In this document: positions 54,708 to 64,000 of the stretch, in pieces
Layout: the number at the start of each line of letters is the position of its first letter
Position numbering within the stretch: the stretch's first letter is position 1
Assembly (NCBI GenBank): GCA_003524305.1
Contig: DQHW01000029.1
Location: forward strand, 4,913 to 68,912
Length of the DNA: 64,000 nt
Origin: Anaerolineaceae bacterium
GTDB lineage: Bacteria; Chloroflexota; Anaerolineae; Anaerolineales; Anaerolineaceae
Direction of reading: 5' to 3'
Made by a program: the position numbers and the translations under genes
The notes under the pieces: generated by a model
The model's database searches: none
The model's input: the letters and a program-made list of their open reading frames with translations, nothing else
Told to the model about the DNA's origin: nothing

Positions 54708-56036
54708 CTACATAGATTGAGGAGTTTGTTTTTTTGATAAGCTGACTCCTACAGTAGCCCATATAAGAATAAATATAAAAAATATTTCTTGATGGTCAGG
54801 GGTGAGAGTGGTTTCAGTTGTGCCTGCTAAAACTAAAAAGAAAATCAAGAAGAAAAGAATTCTAAAAGTAATGTCTTTAGGATTGTTTTTGATCAATTTC
54901 GCTAAAGAAAAAAACAGAGAGGTTACCAACCAAAAAACGATTATCAATCCAATGTAACCGAGTTCAATTAGGGTTTGTAAAAGGAAATTATGAGCAGTCG
55001 CAAGTTCACTTGAAATGAAATTAGTGAAAAGATACGAGTAACTAGTTGAAATACCTGATATTTGCTGTCCATGATATCCGTACCCAAATAAATGAATAAA
55101 TTGAAAATGATTAAAGTGATCCAAAATTCCGTTCCATATTAGTTGACGACCTGAAAAAATTTCAGTACCTGATATTACTGAGTTTCTTGATAAGGCTTCA
55201 ATAAATTTCAAAGGGATGATTTTTTGCACAGCCAATAAAAATAAGGGGATTGCTGGAGTAAATAAAGGGAGCCAGCGCCAAAAAATAATTGATTTTGCTG
55301 AAAAAACAATAGCAATAAAAATTGTGATAGCAGCGAAAAATAGAGCACCTCTGGAATCGGTCAGTAAAATCTCATAAAGACTAAATATGATACCTATTCC
55401 GCCAATAACCTTCTTACTATTTGTTGAATTGAAAAAAAATAAAAGTGCACTGACACATAAACCTGCACCAGCGATCATACCTTCAGAATTAATCCCGCTC
55501 GAAAAAGGAAACAATACCCGAAAAGTTGATATACCAACAAATTGGAGCATCACTGCCGGTCTTAATGATAAATAAATTTCTTTTTGATTTATAAAACCCA
55601 GTAATTGGGTTACAGAATTAACCACAATATATAGAATTAATCCTAAATAAATAACTTCTCTGTATGTTTTGATTTTTTCTTCAGAACTATTGCGAGTTAG
55701 TGATAATATACCAAAAAGAGCAAAGGTAATCCAAATAAAGTAATTTCCAAAGGTTGATGCGACAGAGAAGTAACTACTTATAGCGCTTCTGAGTACAGCG
55801 ACCCCCCACAAACATAAATATAGAAAAAAGATGATAAAGCTTTTTTTATCAAACAGAAGTTTATTTGTATTAATTAATAGAATAATATTGATGAATATCG
55901 AAACCCAAAATGGGGATAAACACATTATCCTCACTGCGATAGAATCAGAATACCCCAGAAAAGTCGGAAGTTTATAAATTATTATTCCGAAAATCAATAT
56001 CCAATAGTCAAACCCTTTATGTATCTGCCTATTCAT
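54708..56036 (-). CDS. O-antigen polymerase/ligase-like (Wzy family) membrane protein
   Basis: 442 aa with at least 10 TM segments, very AT-rich, and located inside the polysaccharide cluster. Confidence 0.6.
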   Translation of the reverse strand: MNRQIHKGFDYWILIFGIIIYKLPTFLGYSDSIAVRIMCLSPFWVSIFINIILLINTNKLLFDKKSFIIFFLYLCLWGVAVLRSAISSYFSVASTFGNYFIWITFALFGILSLTRNSSEEKIKTYREVIYLGLILYIVVNSVTQLLGFINQKEIYLSLRPAVMLQFVGISTFRVLFPFSSGINSEGMIAGAGLCVSALLFFFNSTNSKKVIGGIGIIFSLYEILLTDSRGALFFAAITIFIAIVFSAKSIIFWRWLPLFTPAIPLFLLAVQKIIPLKFIEALSRNSVISGTEIFSGRQLIWNGILDHFNHFQFIHLFGYGYHGQQISGISTSYSYLFTNFISSELATAHNFLLQTLIELGYIGLIIVFWLVTSLFFSLAKLIKNNPKDITFRILFFLIFFLVLAGTTETTLTPDHQEIFFIFILIWATVGVSLSKKQTPQSM

Positions 56037-56114
56037 GATTATTTCTCAACAGCATTACCAACCATCCTCAACCAAATGTTCAAAAGCAGCATTATGGAAG
56101 CTCAATTATTTGGT

Positions 56115-57050
56115 TTATTCGTTATAAGTAACAATACCAACAGGCAAATAGGAGGGTTCCCAAGTTTCTGGTTGCTTTCCTGGTTCATTTTTTACTTTGT
56201 ATATACTTGCCAAGTGTTTCAGAATAAAAGAATTATGTTTATATTCATAAAGCATTTCATCATAATCAGAAAACTCATTTACAGTTTTTTCGGCCAACCG
56301 AAATACTTCTGCCAGTGTTTCATAAGAAAAACACCATCCTGCACTTGGTTGGTGAAACCAATCATCTGATTTTGAGGCACTCGTGGTTAAAATTATAGGC
56401 TGATTTGTTTTTAATACCCTTCGAAATTCATTCAAAGCTAATTTTACGCTTCCAATTTCCATATGCTCTATCGCTGAAACAGAAACCACTGCATCAATCG
56501 TGGAGTCATCGATAGATTTCATATTTTGCATATCAGATTGGTGAAAAATAATCCTTCCAGGCTTGTCTTTGCCAGTTCGTACTTTGATGAATAATCGGGC
56601 ATATGCAAAAATACCAAGATTTCCACTCCGGATCAATGACCATAATTTGAGAAATTTGTTTCTTAAATTGCCGGATTCTCTTATGTGATTAATGTAAGGA
56701 CTCTCAAACTCAACACTTGATTGCATGATCTCAAATGGAAATACAAGCTTAGCCAAAAGAGATATTTTTCTAGGTGAAAAATCAATACTAATCACGTTAT
56801 ACCCATACAAGGAGAGGAGATATTGAAGCAATCCGTTTCCGGCTCCGGCATCTAAAATTGTTGAACCTGGATAGATCTCATTTTCTCGCAGACGGTTTAC
56901 GATCCAAATTAAATCTACATAATAATGCCACCCAATTTCTTTATACAATCCCTTTTGTAGTAATACTATGTCTGCAAGAATATTTCCATTATCTCTTATT
57001 GCATCGCACGAAAGCAATTCTATGATCGATAATTTCTTTGAATTATGCAT
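56115..57050 (-). CDS. Class I SAM-dependent methyltransferase
   Basis: Motif I is ILDAGAGNGLL. ATG at 57050 overlaps the upstream stop codon (TGATG). Confidence 0.7.
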   Translation of the reverse strand: MHNSKKLSIIELLSCDAIRDNGNILADIVLLQKGLYKEIGWHYYVDLIWIVNRLRENEIYPGSTILDAGAGNGLLQYLLSLYGYNVISIDFSPRKISLLAKLVFPFEIMQSSVEFESPYINHIRESGNLRNKFLKLWSLIRSGNLGIFAYARLFIKVRTGKDKPGRIIFHQSDMQNMKSIDDSTIDAVVSVSAIEHMEIGSVKLALNEFRRVLKTNQPIILTTSASKSDDWFHQPSAGWCFSYETLAEVFRLAEKTVNEFSDYDEMLYEYKHNSFILKHLASIYKVKNEPGKQPETWEPSYLPVGIVTYNE

Positions 57051-58366
57051 CAATGCTTACCCTCCATTCCTTCTACCTTTAAAAAGGAAAACCAGGGCAT
57101 GGAACTATTTTTTACTACGACAATTTTTACAACAATAAATGAATAGAAAAATGTTATTGCTGTTGATTGTGCTGCACCAATTGTTCCATATTTTGAAATA
57201 AGGAAATAATTTAATATAATATTAAGCAGAACCGCGCTGATCGTAATCAGTGTTAACCATCTATTTTTATTTAGAAAATATAAATATCCAGCGACGATTC
57301 TATACATTCCATGAAATGTGTATCCCAAGAAAATTAATGGGACAAATTTGAAGGCTTCGCTAAACTTGCTGCCAAAATATATTGGGGTAATCAGATAGGC
57401 AAAATAAGTTGCGGCGAAAAAAAGCACAAAAGCAAATAAATAATACAACCAAGTCCATTTTACGATTTTTCTATTGGTTACCAGATCATTTTTTTCCAGT
57501 TTTTCAAAAAAGTATGGCTGCCAGGTTCTTTGAAGAGCATCATAGATCAACATTAATCCAAGCCCTAAATTATAGGCGGCAGAATAAACACCGACACTTT
57601 GAAGTCCGACAATTTTTTCGAGAAAGAACCGATCAATAAAATTCATACCCCATAAACAAACTGAATGGGGTAATAAAGGAAGCGAAAAGTTAAGCAAGTG
57701 TTTGATCTTTGCCCACGAAAAATTTGATTTATATGGATATTGCTTCCGAAGGTAAATTAATAAAATCGCACATATTACAAACTCTGCGAGAAGATCAGCG
57801 ATCAGTTTTCCTCGCCAGTTATCTTTGTATATCACGACGAGAATAATTACAAAAGACAATTGCAGAAATGCAGAAATGGAACTAAATATGAAGAAAGTTT
57901 GTCCTTTTTTCTCCATCTGGATGGTCGTAAACACAACGGCTTCAACAACCATAAGCAAAGCGGTTATAAAAATGACGACTAGAAATAAGGTTGTTTGGTT
58001 AACAAAAAAAGTGATTTTCAACCCTAAATAAAAATAAAGAGTAAACAACAGAATTGATGATAGAAGAATGATTATGAATATGTTCGATAAATACTCTGCC
58101 AACTCATCCCTTTTTGTTTTAAAAAAATTTACGATAAGAAATAAAGAGGGATTAAAACCAATTAAATTTTTGAGCAACCCTGAAATAACAGCTGCGATGC
58201 TAATAATTCCATATTCTTCGGGATTTAGGAAATTTGTTAAAATGGGAATCAACAGAAAAGACATTCCGCGATTCAACCCAACAGCAAGAAAATACATTAT
58301 CGCATTTCTGATAACGTATTTTTGACCGGATATTTTGTGAAACAAAGATTTCAGAAAATAAACCAT
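57050..58366 (-). CDS. Wzx-type polysaccharide flippase (MOP superfamily)
   Basis: 438 aa with about 12-14 TM segments, in polysaccharide-cluster context. Confidence 0.7.
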   Translation of the reverse strand: MVYFLKSLFHKISGQKYVIRNAIMYFLAVGLNRGMSFLLIPILTNFLNPEEYGIISIAAVISGLLKNLIGFNPSLFLIVNFFKTKRDELAEYLSNIFIIILLSSILLFTLYFYLGLKITFFVNQTTLFLVVIFITALLMVVEAVVFTTIQMEKKGQTFFIFSSISAFLQLSFVIILVVIYKDNWRGKLIADLLAEFVICAILLIYLRKQYPYKSNFSWAKIKHLLNFSLPLLPHSVCLWGMNFIDRFFLEKIVGLQSVGVYSAAYNLGLGLMLIYDALQRTWQPYFFEKLEKNDLVTNRKIVKWTWLYYLFAFVLFFAATYFAYLITPIYFGSKFSEAFKFVPLIFLGYTFHGMYRIVAGYLYFLNKNRWLTLITISAVLLNIILNYFLISKYGTIGAAQSTAITFFYSFIVVKIVVVKNSSMPWFSFLKVEGMEGKH

Positions 58367-58554
58367 AATAATTCAATAATTGAAGTGTCTAGCTTTACTT
58401 CAATTACAGTTAATAATCCAATTGTTTGAAATATAAAACACAAAATAAATAGAAGAATCCGGCATTTAAAAATCCTAAAGGTGTTATACTTTTTCGATTG
58501 GTTACGACAAATCTGCAACTACCTGTAAATTTTCTCGTTTTGAATTTTTCTCTT

Positions 58555-60228
58555 TTACTTCTTCTTTCCCTTAACGTTGTTGCCATAATAAGTCTGGTAG
58601 GCAGTATAGTTCCGATACTCCTTATAATGATAGCCGTAAGACTTGCCCCGGGTAACGACATTATTCAAGACAACACCCAGAACACGGGCATTCACCTGAG
58701 AAAGCTGTTCAAGGGTTTGTTTGAAAGCGGTCATGCGGGTTTTACCGGGTTGAACGACGAGCAGAACGCCATCGAGCGAAGGAGCAAGAGCGGCAGCATC
58801 CGTCACGGCCAGTACAGGCGGGGTGTCGATGAGAATGATATCCGCAGTTTCACTCATCAGGTTCAATATCTTCTGCATGGTCTGCGATCCCATTAACTCG
58901 GATGGGTTGGGCGGCAGGGGTCCGGTCGTGACGACGGAAAGACCTGGCAATCCGGTAGGCTGGCATACGCTCTTAACTACTTCCTGGTGTGAAAAGAGAG
59001 TGCTCATACCAATGCGATTGGGCAGGTTGAAGTATGCATTTAACCGCGGATGACGCATGTCGCAATCCGCGATGATCACGCGGCTTCCGTTCTGTGCCAA
59101 CACGACTGCCAGATTTGAAATTGTCGTGGATTTTCCTTCACCGGGTTCAGCGCTCGTCACCAGTATCTTCTTTAAAGGATGGTCGACGCTGGTGTAGTTG
59201 AGGTTTGTTCTTAATGATCGGTAAGCTTCGGCGGTAGGTGATCGCGGTTCGGATAACGAAATGGGTATCTTTCCGTTAGCGGGGTGGCGGTTAATTACTC
59301 CCAAGACAGGCAGTCGAAATTTTTGGATGATATCTTTGGGTGTTTTGATGGTATCATCCAGCGCTTCGCGTGTCACTATGATGATTACCGATAACAGAAA
59401 ACCGGCTATCGCGGCCAGGGCTGTATTCAAAAAGGTTTTTGGACTGACTGGAATATCATCAGGTGTTGCCGTCTCAACTTGAACCACGGATGATACCGAC
59501 TGTGCTTCTGCAAGACGAATTTGTTCATACGAAAGCAGCAGGTTGGCATAAATTGAGCGATATTGCGTCAATTTAGCATCCAGACGTTCTTTTTCATCCG
59601 TCGATGTGGCTTTTTCTACTTTATCAGTGTACAAAACAATTTGTTTGTCAGTTTCAGCTAATTGGGTTTCAAGAGCTGCTTTTGATTGAACGAAACGTCC
59701 GATCTGGATAGCCTGGATTTGCTCGCCAAATACTTTAACTATTGCGTTTGCAATTTTTGCTGAGAATTCAGGGTCAGTGGTTGTTACCGTGACTTGAACA
59801 AGCTGCGTATCGCGAATAACGCCGACATCTATCCATTCTTTAAGGTCATTGATCGTATTCCCAATACCAACTTCTTTAATTACTTCGTTTAAAATTGGAT
59901 CGGTAATCATCATTTGTGCATAAGTGCTGGTTAACTGTTTGGACATTAAGACTGAGGAATAATCGGTCGCTTTAGTGGCAGGGGCTTCATTAACCAGCAT
60001 GGTTGTCGAGGATTGATAAAAAGGACGCATGCGGCTGCTGATATAAAAGCTCACCGAGCCGGCAACAATTGCAACAACAAGGAATAACCACGCCCAGTGC
60101 CAAAATAACGATAAATACTGGCGAAAATCCAGGTTAATACTTTCTTGTCCCTCTTGAGAATTTTCCATTTCCAATAATTTCCTTTGAGTCAGTAATGTAA
60201 AAAAGTCGTTTATCGGTCTATCTGCCAA
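58555..60228 (-). CDS. Fused polysaccharide co-polymerase (Wzz domain) + BY-tyrosine kinase
   Basis: 557 aa. It has two TM segments flanking a coiled periplasmic-type domain. Walker A is SAEPGEGKST and Walker B-like is IILIDTPP. The C-terminal Tyr cluster is YGYHYKEYRNYTAYQTYYG. Confidence 0.85.
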   Translation of the reverse strand: MADRPINDFFTLLTQRKLLEMENSQEGQESINLDFRQYLSLFWHWAWLFLVVAIVAGSVSFYISSRMRPFYQSSTTMLVNEAPATKATDYSSVLMSKQLTSTYAQMMITDPILNEVIKEVGIGNTINDLKEWIDVGVIRDTQLVQVTVTTTDPEFSAKIANAIVKVFGEQIQAIQIGRFVQSKAALETQLAETDKQIVLYTDKVEKATSTDEKERLDAKLTQYRSIYANLLLSYEQIRLAEAQSVSSVVQVETATPDDIPVSPKTFLNTALAAIAGFLLSVIIIVTREALDDTIKTPKDIIQKFRLPVLGVINRHPANGKIPISLSEPRSPTAEAYRSLRTNLNYTSVDHPLKKILVTSAEPGEGKSTTISNLAVVLAQNGSRVIIADCDMRHPRLNAYFNLPNRIGMSTLFSHQEVVKSVCQPTGLPGLSVVTTGPLPPNPSELMGSQTMQKILNLMSETADIILIDTPPVLAVTDAAALAPSLDGVLLVVQPGKTRMTAFKQTLEQLSQVNARVLGVVLNNVVTRGKSYGYHYKEYRNYTAYQTYYGNNVKGKKK

Positions 60229-60240
60229 AGTCAGTTGATA

Positions 60241-60735
60241 CTAAATAATTGGTGAAAATCCATCATGCAGTAATAAAGTCAATTGTACCAGTTTGGAAAA
60301 TGTCTGCTTAATTGAGCTGTTTATGAGCTCTGCGACCGCATCAGAATTTGTAAAAGCGTCTTTAGCCGGATCAGGAATCTCACCATCAGGTACATTCGCG
60401 ATTTGGCCCAGGATAACTATCTTTCCAAGTGTTTGTGGAAATTCCAATTCCAACGATTCTTTATGATTGTTCTCCATCACCACAATCAAGTCAAACTCAT
60501 TAATAAATTCAGAATTTACTTCCTGGGTTTGATGATTTGTTATATCGAGTCCAATGGTTGAAGCTGCGATGACCGCTTTTGGATGTGCGGGAAGACCAGA
60601 AGTGGTCCAGGTTCCTGCACTGGCTATCTTCCAGGTATCGGGGTTTCTGGAGGAAGATAACACTTGGGCAAAACTGGCCGCTGCAATTGGTGAACGAAAT
60701 TGATTGGCAGTACAAATAAATAAAATCGCCGGCAT
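60241..60735 (-). CDS. Low-molecular-weight protein tyrosine phosphatase
   Basis: P-loop CTANQFRS (CX5R-S). ATG at 60735 is preferred over the TTG at 60750. Confidence 0.85.
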   Translation of the reverse strand: MPAILFICTANQFRSPIAAASFAQVLSSSRNPDTWKIASAGTWTTSGLPAHPKAVIAASTIGLDITNHQTQEVNSEFINEFDLIVVMENNHKESLELEFPQTLGKIVILGQIANVPDGEIPDPAKDAFTNSDAVAELINSSIKQTFSKLVQLTLLLHDGFSPII

Positions 60736-61073
60736 TTTTTGTCTTATCAACTCATATTTTTATTTTTCAAAGTAATTATTTAAGCTGCAATACTTGGTAT
60801 TCTTGTTGCAAGAACTTCACCAATATTTATTCGTATTTTGGTAATGAACACAAAAAAAAGATTTATGAATTCATAAAATCAGTTTGGGTATTTATTTTAA
60901 AATATTTGGAGGGAAAAGTGAATTAATCGACCATTAATATCGGTATAAAAGGACATTAACAATTGACAACTTATGATAAATTGACTTAAAAAAATATTGC
61001 ACTTGTCTTGTCGAATTTCTTAAAAATTATGATTGGCGATTATGAAACCTCGGATCTATATCATCCTTGTTAT

Positions 61074-62330
61074 CTAAGGGTTCGATAAATCCGCTTTGAA
61101 ATCATCCAGGTTCACAACCTTTTTTGATAATCTGGATTGTTCTGCTGCGAATGACATGAGATGACTTTGCACCGAGATATCTGCCGAGGTCAGGCTTTTT
61201 GTGCTGCCGCTTTCCACCAGGCGTATAAAATCCTCCATCAGTCCTGCGTCACCCCCGCCGTGGACGTCTCCTCCGATAGTCTCCACCGATATGAACTCAG
61301 TTACTCCACTTGCAAAATTGCTAATTTCTATTTCGTTCTTTTCCATGTGACCCCTGATTTCACCCAGTGTTCCCATCAGTTTGATGGTTCTACTGGTGTC
61401 TTTTGTGAACGCGCACATGGTAAAGGCGGCGGTTACACCGTTTTTGAATTCAATGTTGACCACCTGGTGGTCAACCACGTTATTATCGCAGTGAAACACG
61501 CAGCGCCCATAATTCCCTTCTTTCAAAGCTTTCTCACGAGCCTTAAGGCTGGTATCAATGCTGATGGTGTTGGTGAACCAATCCAGGTTGTCTGTCAGGT
61601 AGTGTTTTTGCGCGGAATAGGGGCACTCCGGTTCAACCGGGCAGCCATCTGTGCAGCGCAGAGGTGCATTTTTTGGTGCATGCTCTTCTTTGAAATAGGA
61701 GAGTTTACCAAAAGATGAAACACTTTCACAATCTGCATCCACCAGCCAGAGGAGAATATCCATGTCGTGGCAGCTTTTCGCGAGGATCATTGGACTTGAT
61801 AAATCCGAATTTCTCCAATTGCCTCTTACGTAGCTGTGGGCATAATGCCTGTATCCCACGTTTTCGTTGTGTTGGATGGAAACCAATTTTCCAATCCGTC
61901 CTGAGAGTAAAAGCGCTTTAAGGTTTTTGAAGAACGCCGCATATCTCAGCACATGGCAAACAGCAAAAACTTGTTCACGCTGTTTGGCGTATTCTCCCAT
62001 GGCAATACATTCAATCGGGTCTGTCGACATGGGTTTTTCCAACAGGATATGGTAGCCTTTTTCGATGGCTGCCATGGTTGGCTTGTAATGTGTGCTATCA
62101 GGCGTGCTGATGATAACTGCATCCGCAAGGCGCGGTTGTTTTAATAGATCTTCCCAGTCTTGAAAACAGCGTTCTTCGGGGATGTTATGCAATTTTTGAA
62201 ATCGCTGCCGGGTTTGTTGATCGGGGTCTGCCACGGCAACAAATTGAGCTTTATCAGCATGATCAAGAACATAAGCACCATAGGCATGTGTTCCGCGCAT
62301 GCCTGCACCAATCAACGCAATCGTCACCAT
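61074..62330 (-). CDS. Gfo/Idh/MocA-family oxidoreductase (long form)
   Basis: 418 aa. Motifs: IALIGAGMRG and LLEKP. Confidence 0.7.
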   Translation of the reverse strand: MVTIALIGAGMRGTHAYGAYVLDHADKAQFVAVADPDQQTRQRFQKLHNIPEERCFQDWEDLLKQPRLADAVIISTPDSTHYKPTMAAIEKGYHILLEKPMSTDPIECIAMGEYAKQREQVFAVCHVLRYAAFFKNLKALLLSGRIGKLVSIQHNENVGYRHYAHSYVRGNWRNSDLSSPMILAKSCHDMDILLWLVDADCESVSSFGKLSYFKEEHAPKNAPLRCTDGCPVEPECPYSAQKHYLTDNLDWFTNTISIDTSLKAREKALKEGNYGRCVFHCDNNVVDHQVVNIEFKNGVTAAFTMCAFTKDTSRTIKLMGTLGEIRGHMEKNEIEISNFASGVTEFISVETIGGDVHGGGDAGLMEDFIRLVESGSTKSLTSADISVQSHLMSFAAEQSRLSKKVVNLDDFKADLSNP

Positions 62331-62375
62331 GGATAAATCCTTTCAAACGCTTAAACTAAACAAAATTTCACACTG

Positions 62376-64000
62376 TTACTTCAATTTGATGGTCTTGATT
62401 TCAAAAGGAGTGAACTCCAACTTATTAATATCGATACTGCCAAGTTCATTTTCCATCAAGTCAGTTTCAACGGCTTCTTTGTGGGTAAAGAAGGTTAGCA
62501 GCCGGCACACCGCAGGCACTCCCTGGCTTTCATACAACCGGAGAATAACGCTATCACCCTTGTAGGCGCGTTTGATCGTTTCAACGATTACTGTTGGTGC
62601 ATCAGTCTGCGCGATTGAGCTTACATCCACCTGACCTGGGGTCAGATACACAGGCTTGTTGAGGCTGTAGCTGTGCATCAACGTTTCAGTGCCGCAACCG
62701 CCCTGATGTAAGAATAGCGCATAGGTAAAGCTGTGTTTTCTGCGGTCAGCAGTCTTATCGGGATAAATGGGCGAGCGCAGCAGGTTGAGCGAGATGCGGT
62801 TGCCTTTGACGCGATGACCGTACTTGCTGTCGTTCAACAGTGAAGCGCCGTGCATTCCATCAGATAAATCAACATATTTGTGAGCACAAATTTCAAATTG
62901 TGCTTTTTCAACATCGGATGAATCGCCCGTACTGCGTTGGATGCTGCCAAGCTGAATATCACAAGTCACAAATGGCGAATGAACCGCCAGGTCAAATTCA
63001 GCTCTCAGCATTTTGAAGGTTTCGTGATAATCGCAGTTGGTTTGAAAATAAATTACAGGACGGTCAGAATATAAAACAACATCCTGGGTCAGGGTCGTGC
63101 GTCCATGTTTGTAAAAGCTGCGGCGAATGACGGTCGGTCCGTCTATAAAACTTTCGTGGCGGTAGGCTTTTAACACCTGGCTGGGTTTATTGAAATATTG
63201 CCAATCGATATCCCAGGCGTTGAAGAACAGCCATTTGTCGCGGTAGAGACGCAAGGTGTTAAGCCGGCTTTCAGCATATTCAGCCCCGTCTTTTTTGATG
63301 ATTGCAGAGATAATATCCCCTTGATTTGAAAACTGCACACGGATGTGCTCGTTTTCAAGACAGTCTTCTCCAAATTTCAATCCACTTTGCAGCGGCAGTT
63401 CTTGCAGTGGCGCAAATCCGTATGGGGCAAGGTTGGCATGGTACCAGGCGTCATCCAGATGGATATATTCGTGGCGGTCATAGCTCGTGGGGTTGAAGGC
63501 TGCGGTGCCGCTGCCATTAGAAAGGAAGCTCATCACATCTTCGTGTTCGGCATTGATTTCATTCAAGATGATTTCGTAGCGTGCGCGGCTTTCTTCATAG
63601 ACACGGGTAATGCTGCTGCCAGGCAGAATATCGTGGAACTGGTAAAGCAGCACCTCTTTCCACCAGGTATCCAGTTTGTCTTGTGGATAGAAGCGGCCTT
63701 TTTCGGCTGCAAGTGTGCATAGCGCTTCGAGGTTTTGCAACGCATATTCACAGCGGCGGTTATACATTTTATTGGCTGCCTGTGTCGTATAAGTACCTTG
63801 GTGTTTTTCAAGGTAAAGCTCGCCGTCGTAGGTGGGCAATTTATCCCGGTATTGATCCAGTTTTCCAAAAAAATCCATGGCTGAGCCGGGTGTGACGCGC
63901 GGACTGCCAGCCAGGCTGTGCTGCCGCATCACCAATTCAATGTGGGCCTCGCCGGGTCCGCCGCCGCCATCGCCAATGCCGTAAACCAGCAGCCCTTCGG
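62376..64000 (-). CDS. GH38 alpha-mannosidase, C-terminal part (gene continues past the right edge)
   Basis: The reading frame stays open upstream of the track's TTG start. Hand translation of 63936-64000 gives EGLLVYGIGDGGGGPGEAHIEL, containing the GDGGGGP motif of GH38. Downstream motifs include YLEKHQGTYT and QFHDILPGSS. Confidence 0.8.
   Translation of the reverse strand, partial: EGLLVYGIGDGGGGPGEAHIELVMRQHSLAGSPRVTPGSAMDFFGKLDQYRDKLPTYDGELYLEKHQGTYTTQAANKMYNRRCEYALQNLEALCTLAAEKGRFYPQDKLDTWWKEVLLYQFHDILPGSSITRVYEESRARYEIILNEINAEHEDVMSFLSNGSGTAAFNPTSYDRHEYIHLDDAWYHANLAPYGFAPLQELPLQSGLKFGEDCLENEHIRVQFSNQGDIISAIIKKDGAEYAESRLNTLRLYRDKWLFFNAWDIDWQYFNKPSQVLKAYRHESFIDGPTVIRRSFYKHGRTTLTQDVVLYSDRPVIYFQTNCDYHETFKMLRAEFDLAVHSPFVTCDIQLGSIQRSTGDSSDVEKAQFEICAHKYVDLSDGMHGASLLNDSKYGHRVKGNRISLNLLRSPIYPDKTADRRKHSFTYALFLHQGGCGTETLMHSYSLNKPVYLTPGQVDVSSIAQTDAPTVIVETIKRAYKGDSVILRLYESQGVPAVCRLLTFFTHKEAVETDLMENELGSIDINKLEFTPFEIKTIKLK

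Noticed and set aside
1-64000. I looked across the whole window for CRISPR arrays, tRNA or rRNA genes, IS elements, integrases, prophage genes, toxin-antitoxin pairs and known defence-system genes.
   Set aside because: I found no regularly spaced direct repeats, no transposase, integrase or recombinase motifs, and no nuclease, helicase or NTPase defence-type proteins. All large ORFs are metabolic, transport, regulatory or envelope genes.

Overview
This 64-kb chromosomal segment is densely coding, with about 52 protein genes. I recognised no rRNA, tRNA, CRISPR array, transposase or integrase. Lipoprotein solute-binding proteins with Ala/Thr/Glu/Pro-rich linkers and the overall gene content suggest a Chloroflexota/Anaerolineae-like organism, but that is a low-confidence inference.

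Layout:
- (A) 1-15.9 kb, minus strand: a 13-gene co-directional array. It holds two single-domain HAD proteins, a circularly permuted iPGM-like enzyme, an ApgM-type phosphomutase, an RpiR/SIS regulator and an FbpABC/AfuABC-like ABC importer. It continues with a tandem HAD-HAD protein, two HAD + xylose-isomerase-like TIM-barrel fusions, a DUF47 PhoU-like protein and a PiT phosphate transporter. I consider this the best candidate for an undescribed organophosphate uptake and processing system.
- (B) 16.4-18.7 kb: a K+-independent membrane pyrophosphatase.
- (C) 18.8-29 kb: a LacI-regulated inositol catabolic cluster (iolB, iolD, iolE, two iolG). It lacks iolC, iolJ and iolA and instead carries a transaldolase-family protein, an acylating aldehyde dehydrogenase and a TSUP permease.
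- (D) 29-34 kb: a diverged duplicate of the transporter, regulator and HAD part of module A. Its ATPase gene has been deleted, leaving a recognisable scar.
- (E) 34.4-44.3 kb: a ROK-regulated alpha-glucoside locus (CUT1 ABC transporter, GH15, GH31, MFS).
- (F) 44.3-48.2 kb: manA, a two-subunit class I fumarase and malic enzyme.
- (G) 48.4-60.7 kb: a Wzx/Wzy-type polysaccharide cluster with an AT-rich core.
- (H) a Gfo/Idh/MocA oxidoreductase and a partial GH38 alpha-mannosidase.

All functional calls rest on motifs read by eye from the supplied translations. No database search was run.
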